This document shows, piece after piece, positions 32,663 to 43,207 of a DNA stretch of 64,000 nt. Under the pieces are notes generated by a model, which had not been told where the DNA came from, searched no databases, and was given only the letters and a program-made list of their open reading frames with translations. Each line of letters starts with the position of its first letter. The stretch's first letter is position 1. Position numbers and translations under genes: made by a program. Where the stretch lies: NCBI GenBank assembly GCA_036918135.1, contig JBALDB010000046.1, positions 148,112-212,111 of the forward strand, read 5' to 3'. Source of the stretch: Nostoc sp. GTDB lineage: Bacteria; Cyanobacteriota; Cyanobacteriia; Cyanobacteriales; Nostocaceae.

Positions 32663-32757
32663 AGCAAAATTTAGAATTCAAAATAGTTCACTTATAAAAA
32701 ATGAAGTTTTAACAAAGAAGAATTTTGAGAATCGTAGAGAATTAATTTAAAGCAATT

Positions 32758-33699
32758 GTGACTGCATTTAATTTACAAATCCCAGAAAATAGTGATGAGG
32801 CGGGTGTTCGTATTGACCGTTATATTTCGCAAGAATTACCAGATTTATCCCGTTCCCGCATTCAACAATTAATCGAAGAAGGTAACGTTCAACTTAACGG
32901 CAAAGTTTGCATATCTAAAAAGATTAATGTAAAAGTCGGCGATCGCATCACTTTAGAAATCCCACAAGCCCAACCTTTAAAACTGCAAGCAGAAGATATT
33001 CCCCTAGATATACTCTACGAAGATGACCAGTTACTTATCCTCAACAAACCCGCAGGCTTAGTTGTCCATCCTGCACCCGGTCATCCAGATGGCACCTTGG
33101 TTAATGCCCTGTTGGCACACTGTCCCAATTTACCAGGAATTGGGGGAGTCCAGCGTCCGGGAATCGTCCATCGCTTGGATAAGGATACAACAGGAGCGAT
33201 CGCGATCGCCAAAACAGAACTTGCCCATCATCACCTCCAAGCACAACTTAAAGCAAAAACCGCACGCCGAGAATACTTGGGCGTAGTTTACGGTGCGCCG
33301 AAAGCTGAAAGCGGTACAATTGACTTACCTATTGGTCGCCATCCCCAAGACCGCAAAAAAATGGCTATCATATCCGTTGAACAAGGTGGACGACCAGCTA
33401 TCACTCATTGGCAAGTATTAGAACGCCTCGGTAACTATACATTAATCCACTTCCAACTAGAAACTGGACGCACCCATCAAATTCGCGTCCACAGCGCTAA
33501 AATTGGTCATCCGATTGTTGGTGACCCCGTTTATGGTTCTGGTCGTTCAGTGGGAGTAAATTTACCCGGTCAAGCACTACACGCTTGGCAACTAAAATTA
33601 CAGCATCCCCTCTCTGGAGAGATGATTGAGGTGACAGCAACTCCTCCCAGCCAATTTACCAAACTTTTGGAAATGCTAAAAAGACGAATTGCACCGTAA
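32758..33699 (+). CDS. rluD: RluA/RluD family 23S rRNA pseudouridine synthase
   Basis: S4 domain; 'NKPAGLVVHP', 'HRLDKDTTG', 'TGRTHQIRVH'. Confidence 0.92.
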   Translation: MTAFNLQIPENSDEAGVRIDRYISQELPDLSRSRIQQLIEEGNVQLNGKVCISKKINVKVGDRITLEIPQAQPLKLQAEDIPLDILYEDDQLLILNKPAGLVVHPAPGHPDGTLVNALLAHCPNLPGIGGVQRPGIVHRLDKDTTGAIAIAKTELAHHHLQAQLKAKTARREYLGVVYGAPKAESGTIDLPIGRHPQDRKKMAIISVEQGGRPAITHWQVLERLGNYTLIHFQLETGRTHQIRVHSAKIGHPIVGDPVYGSGRSVGVNLPGQALHAWQLKLQHPLSGEMIEVTATPPSQFTKLLEMLKRRIAP

Positions 33700-33825
33700 A
33701 GGTATGGAGGATGAGGAGTGCTGACTGATGACTATTGAGCCTCGCCGCAGACACTTTGCCGAGGCGTGAGAAGTTATTATTCATCCCCTCTGCTCCCCCC
33801 ACACTCTCCATGCCCATAAACAATT

Positions 33826-33910
33826 AGCGTGCATCAGACATGGGCTAAAGTCTGTTTCACTAGTTATACCTAAATGAAACTACTACTTAACCCAGGACTG
33901 ATGCACGCTA
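33826..33910. repeat. Long inverted repeat between convergent rluD and cpcG (REP-like element or bidirectional terminator)
   Basis: TAGCGTGCATCAG...CTGATGCACGCTA with further internal pairing. Confidence 0.55.
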
Positions 33911-33956
33911 CAAAATGCTCAAAACTATGCACTAACTAGCAACTGACTTCAAATCC

Positions 33957-34724
33957 TTACTTGATTCCTGTCAGTTGTCGATAAGGTACATCCTTGTCGA
34001 TATCGATATTGTATGACGAGATCCTTTGTGGGATATTGCCAGTTGCATTCACTTCCTGTGCCATACCCAAGAATTGAGACGGATCGCCAGCCTTGGGCTT
34101 TTTGTCTTGGGGAGTGTATCTGCGTATTTCTACCTGCCAAATAATTTGGGGGAAGCCTAGCTGGGCACGGTGGTAAGCGTCGTATCGCGGAGATTTGATG
34201 TTGAAAGGCAACTCACCCTCAGCACGGGATGGCAGTACTCGACGCCGTTGATAAGGCACTGTTGAGTATCCAAAGCTACTTAGATATTCTTCAGTATTGA
34301 GTACTTCATCAATGAAGCCTCTAATACCCTTGGTAGCGACCACAATTGACCAAGCGATTTTTTCCCGCTCGTTGTATGGGTCACGTCCTAAAGCCCGTTG
34401 GATTACTTGCTCAACAAAACGATAGTTACTGTTGAGGTCGTAGAAGCTTTTTCTAAAGGTATTGGAAAGCAGCAACCCACGAATAAAGTCCCGTACAGTA
34501 ATTTGTCCATTACGGAGTTGGGACTCTAGAAATGTTTCGCGATCGGCAGCAAAGGCATGAAAGAAAATTTGACGATATGCTGCTTCGATCAGATTACCTA
34601 AATCTGATGGAGAAAGCAGATTATCTGTAGAAAAAATTCTGGGCTGTTCATCACCCGGTACTTCATATGCAGCTACACGCTGGTTTTGACTTGAAGGATC
34701 GTATGTTAACAGAGGAAGTGACAC
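33957..34724 (-). CDS. cpcG: Phycobilisome rod-core linker polypeptide CpcG
   Basis: '[15 protein letters not shown]', 'IEAAYRQIF', '[20 protein letters not shown]', 'VPYQRRR'. The C-terminus is hydrophilic, so this is not CpcL. Confidence 0.92.
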   Translation of the reverse strand: MSLPLLTYDPSSQNQRVAAYEVPGDEQPRIFSTDNLLSPSDLGNLIEAAYRQIFFHAFAADRETFLESQLRNGQITVRDFIRGLLLSNTFRKSFYDLNSNYRFVEQVIQRALGRDPYNEREKIAWSIVVATKGIRGFIDEVLNTEEYLSSFGYSTVPYQRRRVLPSRAEGELPFNIKSPRYDAYHRAQLGFPQIIWQVEIRRYTPQDKKPKAGDPSQFLGMAQEVNATGNIPQRISSYNIDIDKDVPYRQLTGIK

Positions 34725-35305
34725 TCTAATGCCTCCATGTTCTTAATTAAAGTTAACAACTTTAAATCACATATTAAGGGACGTAGTTGGATCAGAACCT
34801 TAGATTCTGATAAAGTTTCACGAAACTTAACCAATAGTGGTTGAGTATTCATAAAAACAGCGTTTAACCTGCTAGATTTAACCCACTGCTAGCTTCAGCA
34901 AGCCACTGCGGCTTCCCAGTCAATAACTAGTGACATCTCTAGACTATCTGCAAGCAATACGCTGTAGGGTTCTCAGCTAACCCAGCTCTTGCTTATAGGT
35001 GCTGAAGCTGACTTTCAAGTTCAGGAAATGCCCTACCGCAGATGATGGATTTTCTATCTTCTCAGGGTTCTTTCCGATTTAGCTAAATATTAAGTAAAAG
35101 CTTTGTTCACATAATTCAGATTAGAAGATTCTGTTTCACTTTTTTCAACTGAAGCAATATTTTTTAACATTTCGCAAAATCAATTAATGAATAGGGGCAT
35201 TGGGAGTGTTGACTGTTGAGTACAGACGCGATTAATTGCGTCTGTACAAAAGTTAGGAATTTTCCTTATCTCCCCACACTCCCCCATTTCCCTATGCCCC
35301 ATGCT

Positions 35306-35860
35306 TCATGCCCTATTCTCTTTACCTATCCAAAATTCCAGGGGATCTACGGTTGATTGACAGTAAGGCCAGCTACGCAAAGTTGCTTCCATTCCAACTT
35401 CCCAATAAGGTGGTTCTAATCCCAGCCCTAAACACAGATGAGACAGAATGCTAGCAAACTGCTGATTATGACCAAACTCTCCTAGATGGGCATGAGCGTA
35501 TTCATGAACGACGATACCGAACCAGTCTTTAGGTGCAACTCGGCCGACATCTACCAAAATGGTGATCGGGTTTATGAGAATATTGCACAAACCGTCTATA
35601 CCGAAAGATTGAGCGATGGGTACTGCAAAAATTTGGATATGGCGACGCTCTTGGGGATGAAAGCACTGGTGACAGGCTTCCAGATAGGTATTGATTTGAG
35701 CGTTAACAGTATTAATGTTTTCGCCAATCCAAGTGCAAATGGCAATGCGATCGCGTAAGTTATCGAATACATTCACCATACCCGGTTCTAGGGCAAATCC
35801 CCTTACCTGATGTAGATAATCTTGCCCACGAGTAAAAGCATCGGTCTGCTTGAGAATCAT
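35306..35860 (-). CDS. Hypothetical protein with HExxH zinc-metallopeptidase-like motif (SprT-like)
   Basis: 'VVHEYAHAHLG...GHNQQF'. The start codon abuts the cpcS stop. Confidence 0.7.
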   Translation of the reverse strand: MILKQTDAFTRGQDYLHQVRGFALEPGMVNVFDNLRDRIAICTWIGENINTVNAQINTYLEACHQCFHPQERRHIQIFAVPIAQSFGIDGLCNILINPITILVDVGRVAPKDWFGIVVHEYAHAHLGEFGHNQQFASILSHLCLGLGLEPPYWEVGMEATLRSWPYCQSTVDPLEFWIGKENRA

Positions 35861-36457
35861 TCACCAACCCAAAACAGAATAAAACTGTTGTTTAGAAGTT
35901 ACCTCTTCGGTGGTGGAAGGTTCTAAAGAATTCTCAATTCGGGTTTCAGTGCAAAACGATGCAGTGCTAAAGCCGCCGAACCGTTTCACTGTACTGCTTC
36001 GCAGTCGAATGTTTGGGCTGACGAACCAAAATCGTTCAATGGAACTCATTGTTTCGTATTCGGTTGTCAACACTAATCCATCTTCATCATCCAGATGAAA
36101 CAGACCAACGACGGGTACAATTTCCGCGTAGCCTCTTTCACGAAGTAATTTGCCTTGCCTTGGATTATCGGCATCAGGGACGATCGCAAATATAGTTTTC
36201 CCTTGATGGTTTTCCTCATCCTCTCTATCCCAAGACATTGTGCCTAGCCAGCGCACCCGTGACCCTCCTACTGAGAGGCTAGGGTCAATCTGATGATACT
36301 GGCACAGTTCAATGATTTCTGGATGATCGGCAGCCAGAGTTTCTACTTGTATATCAGATTCTCCCGTCTCTGAGCGCTTGAAGGCTAAGTGATGAGTTGC
36401 ACGTTGCGATCGCCACTTCCCAGCACTTAGCTCAAAAAATTCCATTGCGTCTATCAA
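35861..36457 (-). CDS. cpcS: S/U-type phycobiliprotein lyase (CpcS/CpeS family)
   Basis: 'EFFELSAGKWRSQRATHHL', 'GKLLRERGYAE', 'ERFWF.SPN.RLR'. Confidence 0.85.
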   Translation of the reverse strand: MIDAMEFFELSAGKWRSQRATHHLAFKRSETGESDIQVETLAADHPEIIELCQYHQIDPSLSVGGSRVRWLGTMSWDREDEENHQGKTIFAIVPDADNPRQGKLLRERGYAEIVPVVGLFHLDDEDGLVLTTEYETMSSIERFWFVSPNIRLRSSTVKRFGGFSTASFCTETRIENSLEPSTTEEVTSKQQFYSVLGW

Positions 36458-36777
36458 TCTTCTGACTCCTACTTATGACTCCTGCGGATGATGTTTTCCT
36501 TGTTTTTTCTTTTTAATGTCGTTGGTATATAAACATTCTAAACATTACAGCCATCAATGCTTAGCTTCAATAAACTCCTGAAAAAGGAACAAACAAACGT
36601 GTCTTTTTCAAATTGTAAATTTTTATTATGTCAGCTTTTTATTACTTGACAAGATGGACATTTTAATATCTAAGTGCTAAATTAATATAAAGCAGCGTTT
36701 ACCATAGGCTATACATACACATTCAGAGTGCAAGTAACAATAAACACCTCCGAGTCAGTCAAGTAGAGGAGTGAATC

Positions 36778-36945
36778 ATGGACTTCCCCATCGAACTAAC
36801 CTTAGAGCAACAATTTCGTTTACAAAACTTAAAAGACCAGGTAAAGAATTTGAGTCAACAAGAAGCTCAAGAATTTTTATTAGAAGTTCTACGGCAGATG
36901 ATGGTGAAAGATAATTTGGTCAAACATCTGCTCAAACAAGCTTGA
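36778..36945 (+). CDS. nblA: Phycobilisome degradation protein NblA (55 aa, absent from the ORF track)
   Basis: MDFPIELTLEQQFRLQNLKDQVKNLSQQEAQEFLLEVLRQMMVKDNLVKHLLKQA; GAGGAG ribosome-binding site. Confidence 0.92.
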   Translation: MDFPIELTLEQQFRLQNLKDQVKNLSQQEAQEFLLEVLRQMMVKDNLVKHLLKQA

Positions 36946-37153
36946 GCGACTAACAAAATAAGATTTTCCTTAAGACTTATGCAGTCACTGCGTAGGTCTT
37001 AATTTTTTTGGGCAATGGGCATTGGGCAAACAGGGAGTGTGGGAGGTGTGGGAGGATGGGGAAGAAATCTTTCCCCCCTCTCTCCCTACACTCCCCACAC
37101 TCCCCACACTCCCCACAATTCCCACACTCCCCATCTCCCCATACCCAAAGAAA

Positions 37154-37169
37154 ATATTACAGATTATTA
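37154..37169 (+). promoter_or_regulatory. N-box-like direct repeat in the cpeBA promoter
   Basis: ATATTA-CAGA-TTATTA, a degenerate form of the TTGTTA-N4-TTGTTA motif known for cpeBA promoters, about 130 bp upstream of cpeB. Confidence 0.4.
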
Positions 37170-37287
37170 CTTTCTCTCTCATAGAAAAGACTAGGGTACT
37201 ATTGATCCCCTATGTTTTACTTTGGCTACTCGCAGTTTATCTGACGAGACAACGCCAAAAATAATATCCGCCATTTGTGAATATTAA

Positions 37288-37854
<567 letters not shown>

Positions 37855-37927
37855 TAACTCATAGTTAACGGCTACTTAGCCAAACGAAGTGAAATCAAAA
37901 CCCGATCAAATCCTATCTGGAGTATAA

Positions 37928-38428
<501 letters not shown>

Positions 38429-38468
38429 TACACAGATTGACTAGCCCAGCGGTTGTACTCTAAAAGTA

Positions 38469-38527
38469 GGGACTCTGGGTCTATTGCTTTGCCTAGATTA
38501 GGTTGAGTGATTGACCCAGAGTCCCTC
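38469..38527 (+). terminator. Stem-loop downstream of cpeA
   Basis: GGGACTCTGGGTC...GACCCAGAGTCCC inverted repeat. Confidence 0.65.
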
Positions 38528-38615
38528 ACTTGTGATTAAAAGAATTTAGCAGCAAAGCTGGAGACGCTGCACGGCTTGGCGTCAGAATTCAAGAGTCAGA
38601 ACGAAATTTTTTCTT

Positions 38616-39224
38616 ATGACAACAGATTCTTTATTTGAACAGTTGAAACACCCTAACCCGAATCTGCGGGAACGAGCTATGTGGCAGCTAGCCGAAGTCC
38701 GCGATCAAAATACCATTCCTCGACTGATGAGTATTTTAGATGATGAAGATGTGACCTATCGTCGAGCTGCGGTAAAGGCATTGGGTGCTGTTGGTGTAGA
38801 TGCTGTACCAGCACTGGTAGAGTCATTACTTAATAGTGATAACGCTACGATTCGGGGCAGTTGTGCTAAAGCTTTGGCACAGGTGGCCGCCAATCATCCA
38901 GACATACCCTTCCCCCAAGAGGGCTTACAAGGATTAAAAACAGCACTCGATGACTCAAATGGTGTTGTATACATCGCATCTGTGATGGCTCTGGGTGAAA
39001 TTGGTTCCCCTGCCTTTGAAATTTTAACTGAAGCTTTGAAAACCACAGATAATGTTGCAGTAGCTGTGGCGATTGTGAATGCACTCGGTTCAATGGGCGA
39101 TCAGCGAGGGGTGGAAGTGCTGACAGCATTGACTAATGATGAAACTGTTGATTCCTATGTTCGAGAGTCAGCGGTGAGTGCCTTACCTCGATTAGAGCAG
39201 GTGATTAAATATACTAGAAAGTAG
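38616..39224 (+). CDS. cpeZ: HEAT-repeat phycoerythrin lyase accessory protein CpeZ
   Basis: 'LFEQLKHPNPNLRERAM', 'DVTYRRAAVKALG'; about 200 aa, directly after cpeBA. Confidence 0.75.
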   Translation: MTTDSLFEQLKHPNPNLRERAMWQLAEVRDQNTIPRLMSILDDEDVTYRRAAVKALGAVGVDAVPALVESLLNSDNATIRGSCAKALAQVAANHPDIPFPQEGLQGLKTALDDSNGVVYIASVMALGEIGSPAFEILTEALKTTDNVAVAVAIVNALGSMGDQRGVEVLTALTNDETVDSYVRESAVSALPRLEQVIKYTRK

Positions 39225-39365
39225 CGTTTGCCCTTGGCGTTGGCGCAGCGATCGCTTTTAAATATAACTACCTTGATTTGGATATAGATCGATCAAGGAA
39301 AATTAATTGCTCTCTTCAAACTTTCAAAATGAGAGCAAAATGTCAACAACTAAATTCCTGTTTCT

Positions 39366-40274
39366 CTATTCCCATGCATCCTCCTCTAACTGTTTCTGAA
39401 TTTGAGAAATTGCCAACTGCATTACCGCCTTAACTCCTGCTTCCGGTTCTTGGGTCAATGCAGTTTGTAGAGGTTCTAAAGCGACGCCATCGCCAATTTT
39501 CATCAATGCCAAAGCGGCTGCTTTGCGAGTTTCCCAATCGGAATGATGCAATAACTCAACGAGGTTGGGAATCGCTGCTTGATAAGCTAAACTGCCTAAA
39601 GCTGCTGCTGCTTCGCACCGCACGATTGCGGATGGATCGCTCAGGGCATTAATTAAGACTTGAAATGCCTCAGCCTCAGTGTGTTCTTCAGCGATTTTAG
39701 CGATCGCTCCCACCACCGCCGCGCGAACCTCTGGGGAGTCAGAGTTGATTTCTCGATACAAGTATTCCTTGGCCTGTACTCCAATAAATCCCAAGGCCCA
39801 TACTGCATATCCTTTGGCACTTTCTGGATATTCTGATGAGGCTAAGATTTTCAGCAAGGCTGGGACAGCAGCCTCACCAATCTTTGCCAGCGCTCCCACT
39901 GACGAGGCTTTGACCACTGTATCCTCATCATTTAAGAGGGCGTCGAGCAAAGTGGGAATTGCGATCGGGTCAGCAATCAATGTCAAGGTTTTCGTGCTAG
40001 CTCGCCGCACAACTGGGTTTGGGTGATTTGCCACAGCTTCCATCAACAACGGAGTTACAGGCTTACCAACTTTACCCAATGCCTCTGCAAAACTCAAACG
40101 TACCATGCCCCGTGAATCTCCCATACTCTCAATCATCTGCTTGAGGATTTTTTGGTCATCACGGTTGAAGGTATTTAGATTTAATTGTTCGCTAACTGCT
40201 GCAAGTAAAGCATCAGTTTCAGCGTGGGATAGCTGAATTGAATTTTCTTTTGACTGAGTTTCAAAGTTGACCAT
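39366..40274 (-). CDS. cpeF: HEAT-repeat E/F-type bilin lyase (CpeF/MpeV-like)
   Basis: 'MGDSRGMVRLSFAEALG', 'HPNPVVRRAS.KTLTLI', multiple PBS-lyase HEAT repeats, and phycoerythrin-cluster context. Confidence 0.65.
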   Translation of the reverse strand: MVNFETQSKENSIQLSHAETDALLAAVSEQLNLNTFNRDDQKILKQMIESMGDSRGMVRLSFAEALGKVGKPVTPLLMEAVANHPNPVVRRASTKTLTLIADPIAIPTLLDALLNDEDTVVKASSVGALAKIGEAAVPALLKILASSEYPESAKGYAVWALGFIGVQAKEYLYREINSDSPEVRAAVVGAIAKIAEEHTEAEAFQVLINALSDPSAIVRCEAAAALGSLAYQAAIPNLVELLHHSDWETRKAAALALMKIGDGVALEPLQTALTQEPEAGVKAVMQLAISQIQKQLEEDAWE

Positions 40275-40400
40275 GCAAATTAGGGAATAGGTAACTCGAA
40301 GCCTGCATGAAGTGGGGATTAAGGAATTCTAAGAAAAAAGGGATTTCTACAAAATAAATTATCCCTCTTCTGGGGTGGGTATCTTGAGCGCTTAGCAGTA

Positions 40401-40640
40401 CTAGTTACTTTCGCTGAGACTAGCCTGCCGATCGCGCAGTTCTTGAAGCGCGGCATCAATTTTGGCCAGCTCAGGCTCCAATTTTGCCATGACACTTACC
40501 CTCATCAACTTGGCGCGTTTTGCTGTTTCTGTAGTTTCTTTAACTAAACGTTCTCGATATTGCTCAAGTTCTGCAATCGCCTCTGCTATATCTTGAGCGG
40601 TTACATCATTATTTGTTGTGGATTCTGAGGTTTCATCCAT
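40401..40640 (-). CDS. Small hypothetical coiled-coil protein
   Basis: 79-aa ORF with an AGGA ribosome-binding site; helical 'IAELEQYRERL'. Confidence 0.7.
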   Translation of the reverse strand: MDETSESTTNNDVTAQDIAEAIAELEQYRERLVKETTETAKRAKLMRVSVMAKLEPELAKIDAALQELRDRQASLSESN

Positions 40641-40931
40641 ATCTTTTGTTTCCTAAATGTATATCTTATGATAATTTTTTGTCAGTGTTCGACTGTTGTT
40701 TATTGTTAAGTTACTTTTTCAAAACTAATAGTTTGTTTACGCATATAATTGAACAATTGTCAATAAATAACTAACTAATAGCTGACAAAAGATATATTCT
40801 AATTTTCTCAGATTGGGTTACCACTAGTAAAGTTTTTTGATGCAAATCCTCAAAAGCCGAGTCTAACCGCAGGCTTGAATCAAAATTGCGGCTGCTTCAG
40901 GTTTTTTAGATTAACCTTGCTTTGCCTACTT

Positions 40932-41717
40932 TCAGTTTTGTACTGAAAGTTTGTAACTTGGGGTATTGACTAATTCTGCAATAAACTGGCTGTACTCAGC
41001 TTTCATCGGCAAATCTAAATCTCGCCGGATACGCCGCCGCAGTGCAAGCACAGTTTCGTCTGTAATCGGATTAAATCCCTGTTTGTAGTATTCTTCCCAA
41101 TAAAGTCCTACACCTCGTTTTTGCCGATTGGGAAGTTGATTAAAATTAATTCCATGCTGGAATAACATCTCATTTTTATCGGCAACAGACAACCCTTTCA
41201 TCATGTTGGTTGCTTGAGTAGGATTTAGGCGATCGCGACGCAGACACCAGTAGCAATGAGCATTCAGAGCGTTTCTGTGGGCATCCTCATGTCGCCAACG
41301 AAAATAATTTACAACTTCTTCTAAGTTGGGTAGTTGAGAAATTCGACAGTCAAAGCAGCCAATATTACCTAATAATAAAGAAAATTTTGCACTTGCTTCA
41401 CCTGCTAAAACTGAATTAAGTTTTCTAAGTTTGCGGTTGAAAGTATTTTCTTGCTGAGCAAAAAGTAAAGATATTTCGTCACTTTGGGTATAGCCATAGA
41501 TAATATCTATGCCGCAATTCATCAAATGCTCGACTGTTTCTAGCATCAAGTCTCGAAAACGAATGTCATAAGGAGCTTCAAATTGATGCACTTCTTTTGT
41601 CAAGCGAGTAAAGCTGCGTCCATCTAATCTGGCAACTATATAAAGTCCAGGTAGCACACAATAATCGTGGGCTGTTTCATATACCCGCATTTTACTATCA
41701 AGCTCATCAAATTTCAT
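40932..41717 (-). CDS. Thg1-like protein (tRNA-His guanylyltransferase family, 3'-5' polymerase)
   Basis: Catalytic 'ARLDGRSF' and 'YTQSDEISLLF', plus 'FDCR', 'YFRWR..DAHRNALN' and 'GINFNQLP...RG'. The ATG at 41717 overlaps the upstream gene. Confidence 0.92.
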   Translation of the reverse strand: MKFDELDSKMRVYETAHDYCVLPGLYIVARLDGRSFTRLTKEVHQFEAPYDIRFRDLMLETVEHLMNCGIDIIYGYTQSDEISLLFAQQENTFNRKLRKLNSVLAGEASAKFSLLLGNIGCFDCRISQLPNLEEVVNYFRWRHEDAHRNALNAHCYWCLRRDRLNPTQATNMMKGLSVADKNEMLFQHGINFNQLPNRQKRGVGLYWEEYYKQGFNPITDETVLALRRRIRRDLDLPMKAEYSQFIAELVNTPSYKLSVQN

Positions 41718-42156
41718 GTTTCCATTCCTCAACAGTAAATGAATAATTGAAATTAGTTTTTACTGAATAAATAGCATTGAATCCTTCGTCCCAACTTGGT
41801 AAAACCAGCTTTTTTTGCGTTGCTAATAGTCCTACTAAAGGTACGATTTGTTTGGGAGACCTTCGACTGTTCCGTTGTTGACACTCTTCCAATTCAGAGT
41901 CAAAATAGTAAGCTAAAACCCGGAAACCTTTGTCTTTAGCTGGAATAATGTATTGCTTTCTGTCTTCTACAGTTGGGTTAGTATTATCTACCACAAAAGG
42001 CTGTTTAGCCTCTAAACACGCTTGCAAAAGAATTTGCTCTCGATGACGAGTTTTGAGCATATCAAGATTAAGATGGATATGCGTATTAAAAAACTGAGTG
42101 CAATAAAAGGTAGATTTACCTGCTCCCTGAATTCCAATAAAAATAATGGCTTCCAT
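41707..42156 (-). CDS. P-loop kinase, polynucleotide kinase-like (AAA_33)
   Basis: Walker A 'GIQGAGKST', 'NLDML', 'VVDNTNP', lid 'QRNSRR', and C-terminal 'P..DEGF'. Confidence 0.85.
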   Translation of the reverse strand: MEAIIFIGIQGAGKSTFYCTQFFNTHIHLNLDMLKTRHREQILLQACLEAKQPFVVDNTNPTVEDRKQYIIPAKDKGFRVLAYYFDSELEECQQRNSRRSPKQIVPLVGLLATQKKLVLPSWDEGFNAIYSVKTNFNYSFTVEEWKHEI

Positions 42157-42180
42157 TCACTGCCTCCCTCAGAGAGCATT

Positions 42181-42310
42181 TAAGTTGATGGACATAAATA
42201 AATATAATATCTTCTGTCATTGCGAGCGAAGCGAAGCAATCCCAGAGACTTTGCGATTGCTTCGCTTCACTCGCAATGACATCTTAGATTTAATCATGTC
42301 TATCTACTTA
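42181..42310. repeat. MITE-like element with internal REP-like hairpin
   Basis: Ends TAAGTTGATGGACATAAATAAAT / ATTTAATCATGTCTATCTACTTA. Inner hairpin TGTCATTGCGAGCGAAGCGAAGCAATC...GATTGCTTCGCTTCACTCGCAATGACA at 42215-42281. Confidence 0.75.
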
Positions 42311-42406
42311 TTAAGTAAATATTAATTTTATAGGCTGCATTATAGCGCAGTTCAAAGCATCACTCATCTCGGTGCGTTATTTAAAATTTACTTGATAAAG
42401 AGCCTC

Positions 42407-43207
42407 TCAAATACTTTCATTTAGTGGAAAAATATCACCCTGCAAGTAGGATTCAAAGTATTTTTTAAAGTACTGAATACTGGTCATATTCGGTTCATCA
42501 CTTTCTGTGGGCGTGAATTCATAAATTGGGACTTTTTCTCTCACCAGTTTGACCAATTTAGGATCGAGCTGCTCAAAAGTATCTACTCTGGATATTGTGG
42601 TTTCAAATTTTAATTTAGCTGGATGAGCATATCCTAATTTCATCCAGGGCATCCAAGGACAATCTCTCGCCCATTTCGCAGGAGGAACATCAGTTGCATC
42701 AGGTCGGCAGGTATTTGAGATAAAATATTCAACTCCCTTAAACTTTTCTCCAGGGCAATAATCTGAGTATTTACTATCTCCTGCTAAGGGATGCGGGTAT
42801 TCTAAGGGAATTTCCATCACAGAGGTGAGATATCCCTTGCCTTTGGGTATGATAAATTTTTTGGGTTTGACTGAGCCTTGGACAATTCTATTCGCAATAT
42901 GTACTACTGGTACTGGTTGATTTGCTGTTGGGGAATGCCAAAAATGTAGAATTTCTTGAGTGTCTGGGTGACAAAATAGACCTAATTCTCTATTGATTCG
43001 ATATCCAACTTCGCCATATTCAGAATCAGACTTGAGAAATACTTTCGTTGCATTCATGCCAACAATAGAGAACAATTTTTCTTTTGATTTATCTGGTGTC
43101 TCTTGCCACCAAATTTCTCCAGACCAATTGTAATAAAGTTGTAATCCATGATTTTTTCGATAAAAATCAAGATTATTAAGTTCGTAGTCATTTAAGTAAT
43201 CATTCAT
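42407..43207 (-). CDS. DUF1838-like hypothetical protein
   Basis: 'WSGEIW', 'LFSIVGMN', 'RELGLF', 'VPVVHIAN', 'PWMPWMKLG'. ATGA overlap with the WD40 gene. Confidence 0.65.
   Translation of the reverse strand: MNDYLNDYELNNLDFYRKNHGLQLYYNWSGEIWWQETPDKSKEKLFSIVGMNATKVFLKSDSEYGEVGYRINRELGLFCHPDTQEILHFWHSPTANQPVPVVHIANRIVQGSVKPKKFIIPKGKGYLTSVMEIPLEYPHPLAGDSKYSDYCPGEKFKGVEYFISNTCRPDATDVPPAKWARDCPWMPWMKLGYAHPAKLKFETTISRVDTFEQLDPKLVKLVREKVPIYEFTPTESDEPNMTSIQYFKKYFESYLQGDIFPLNESI

Noticed and set aside
34890..35010. Structured ncRNA or riboswitch upstream of cpcG (AGCTTCAGCA...TGCTGAAGCT)
   Set aside because: Only one 10-bp inverted repeat is visible and I recognise no RNA family motif, which is too little to call.
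35070..35080. CcaR G-box upstream of cpcG
   Set aside because: Only one half-site (CTTTCCGATTT) is present and it is in the opposite orientation to cpcG. The linker also lacks the CpcL hydrophobic tail.
36734..36747. NtcA site upstream of nblA (GTA-N8-CAC)
   Set aside because: The match is imperfect and only about 30 bp from the start codon, leaving no room for the usual downstream -10 element.
36985..37264. ORFs of 65 and 80 aa between nblA and cpeB
   Set aside because: They are translations of CCCACACTC-type short tandem repeats (PTLPTL / GSVGSV).
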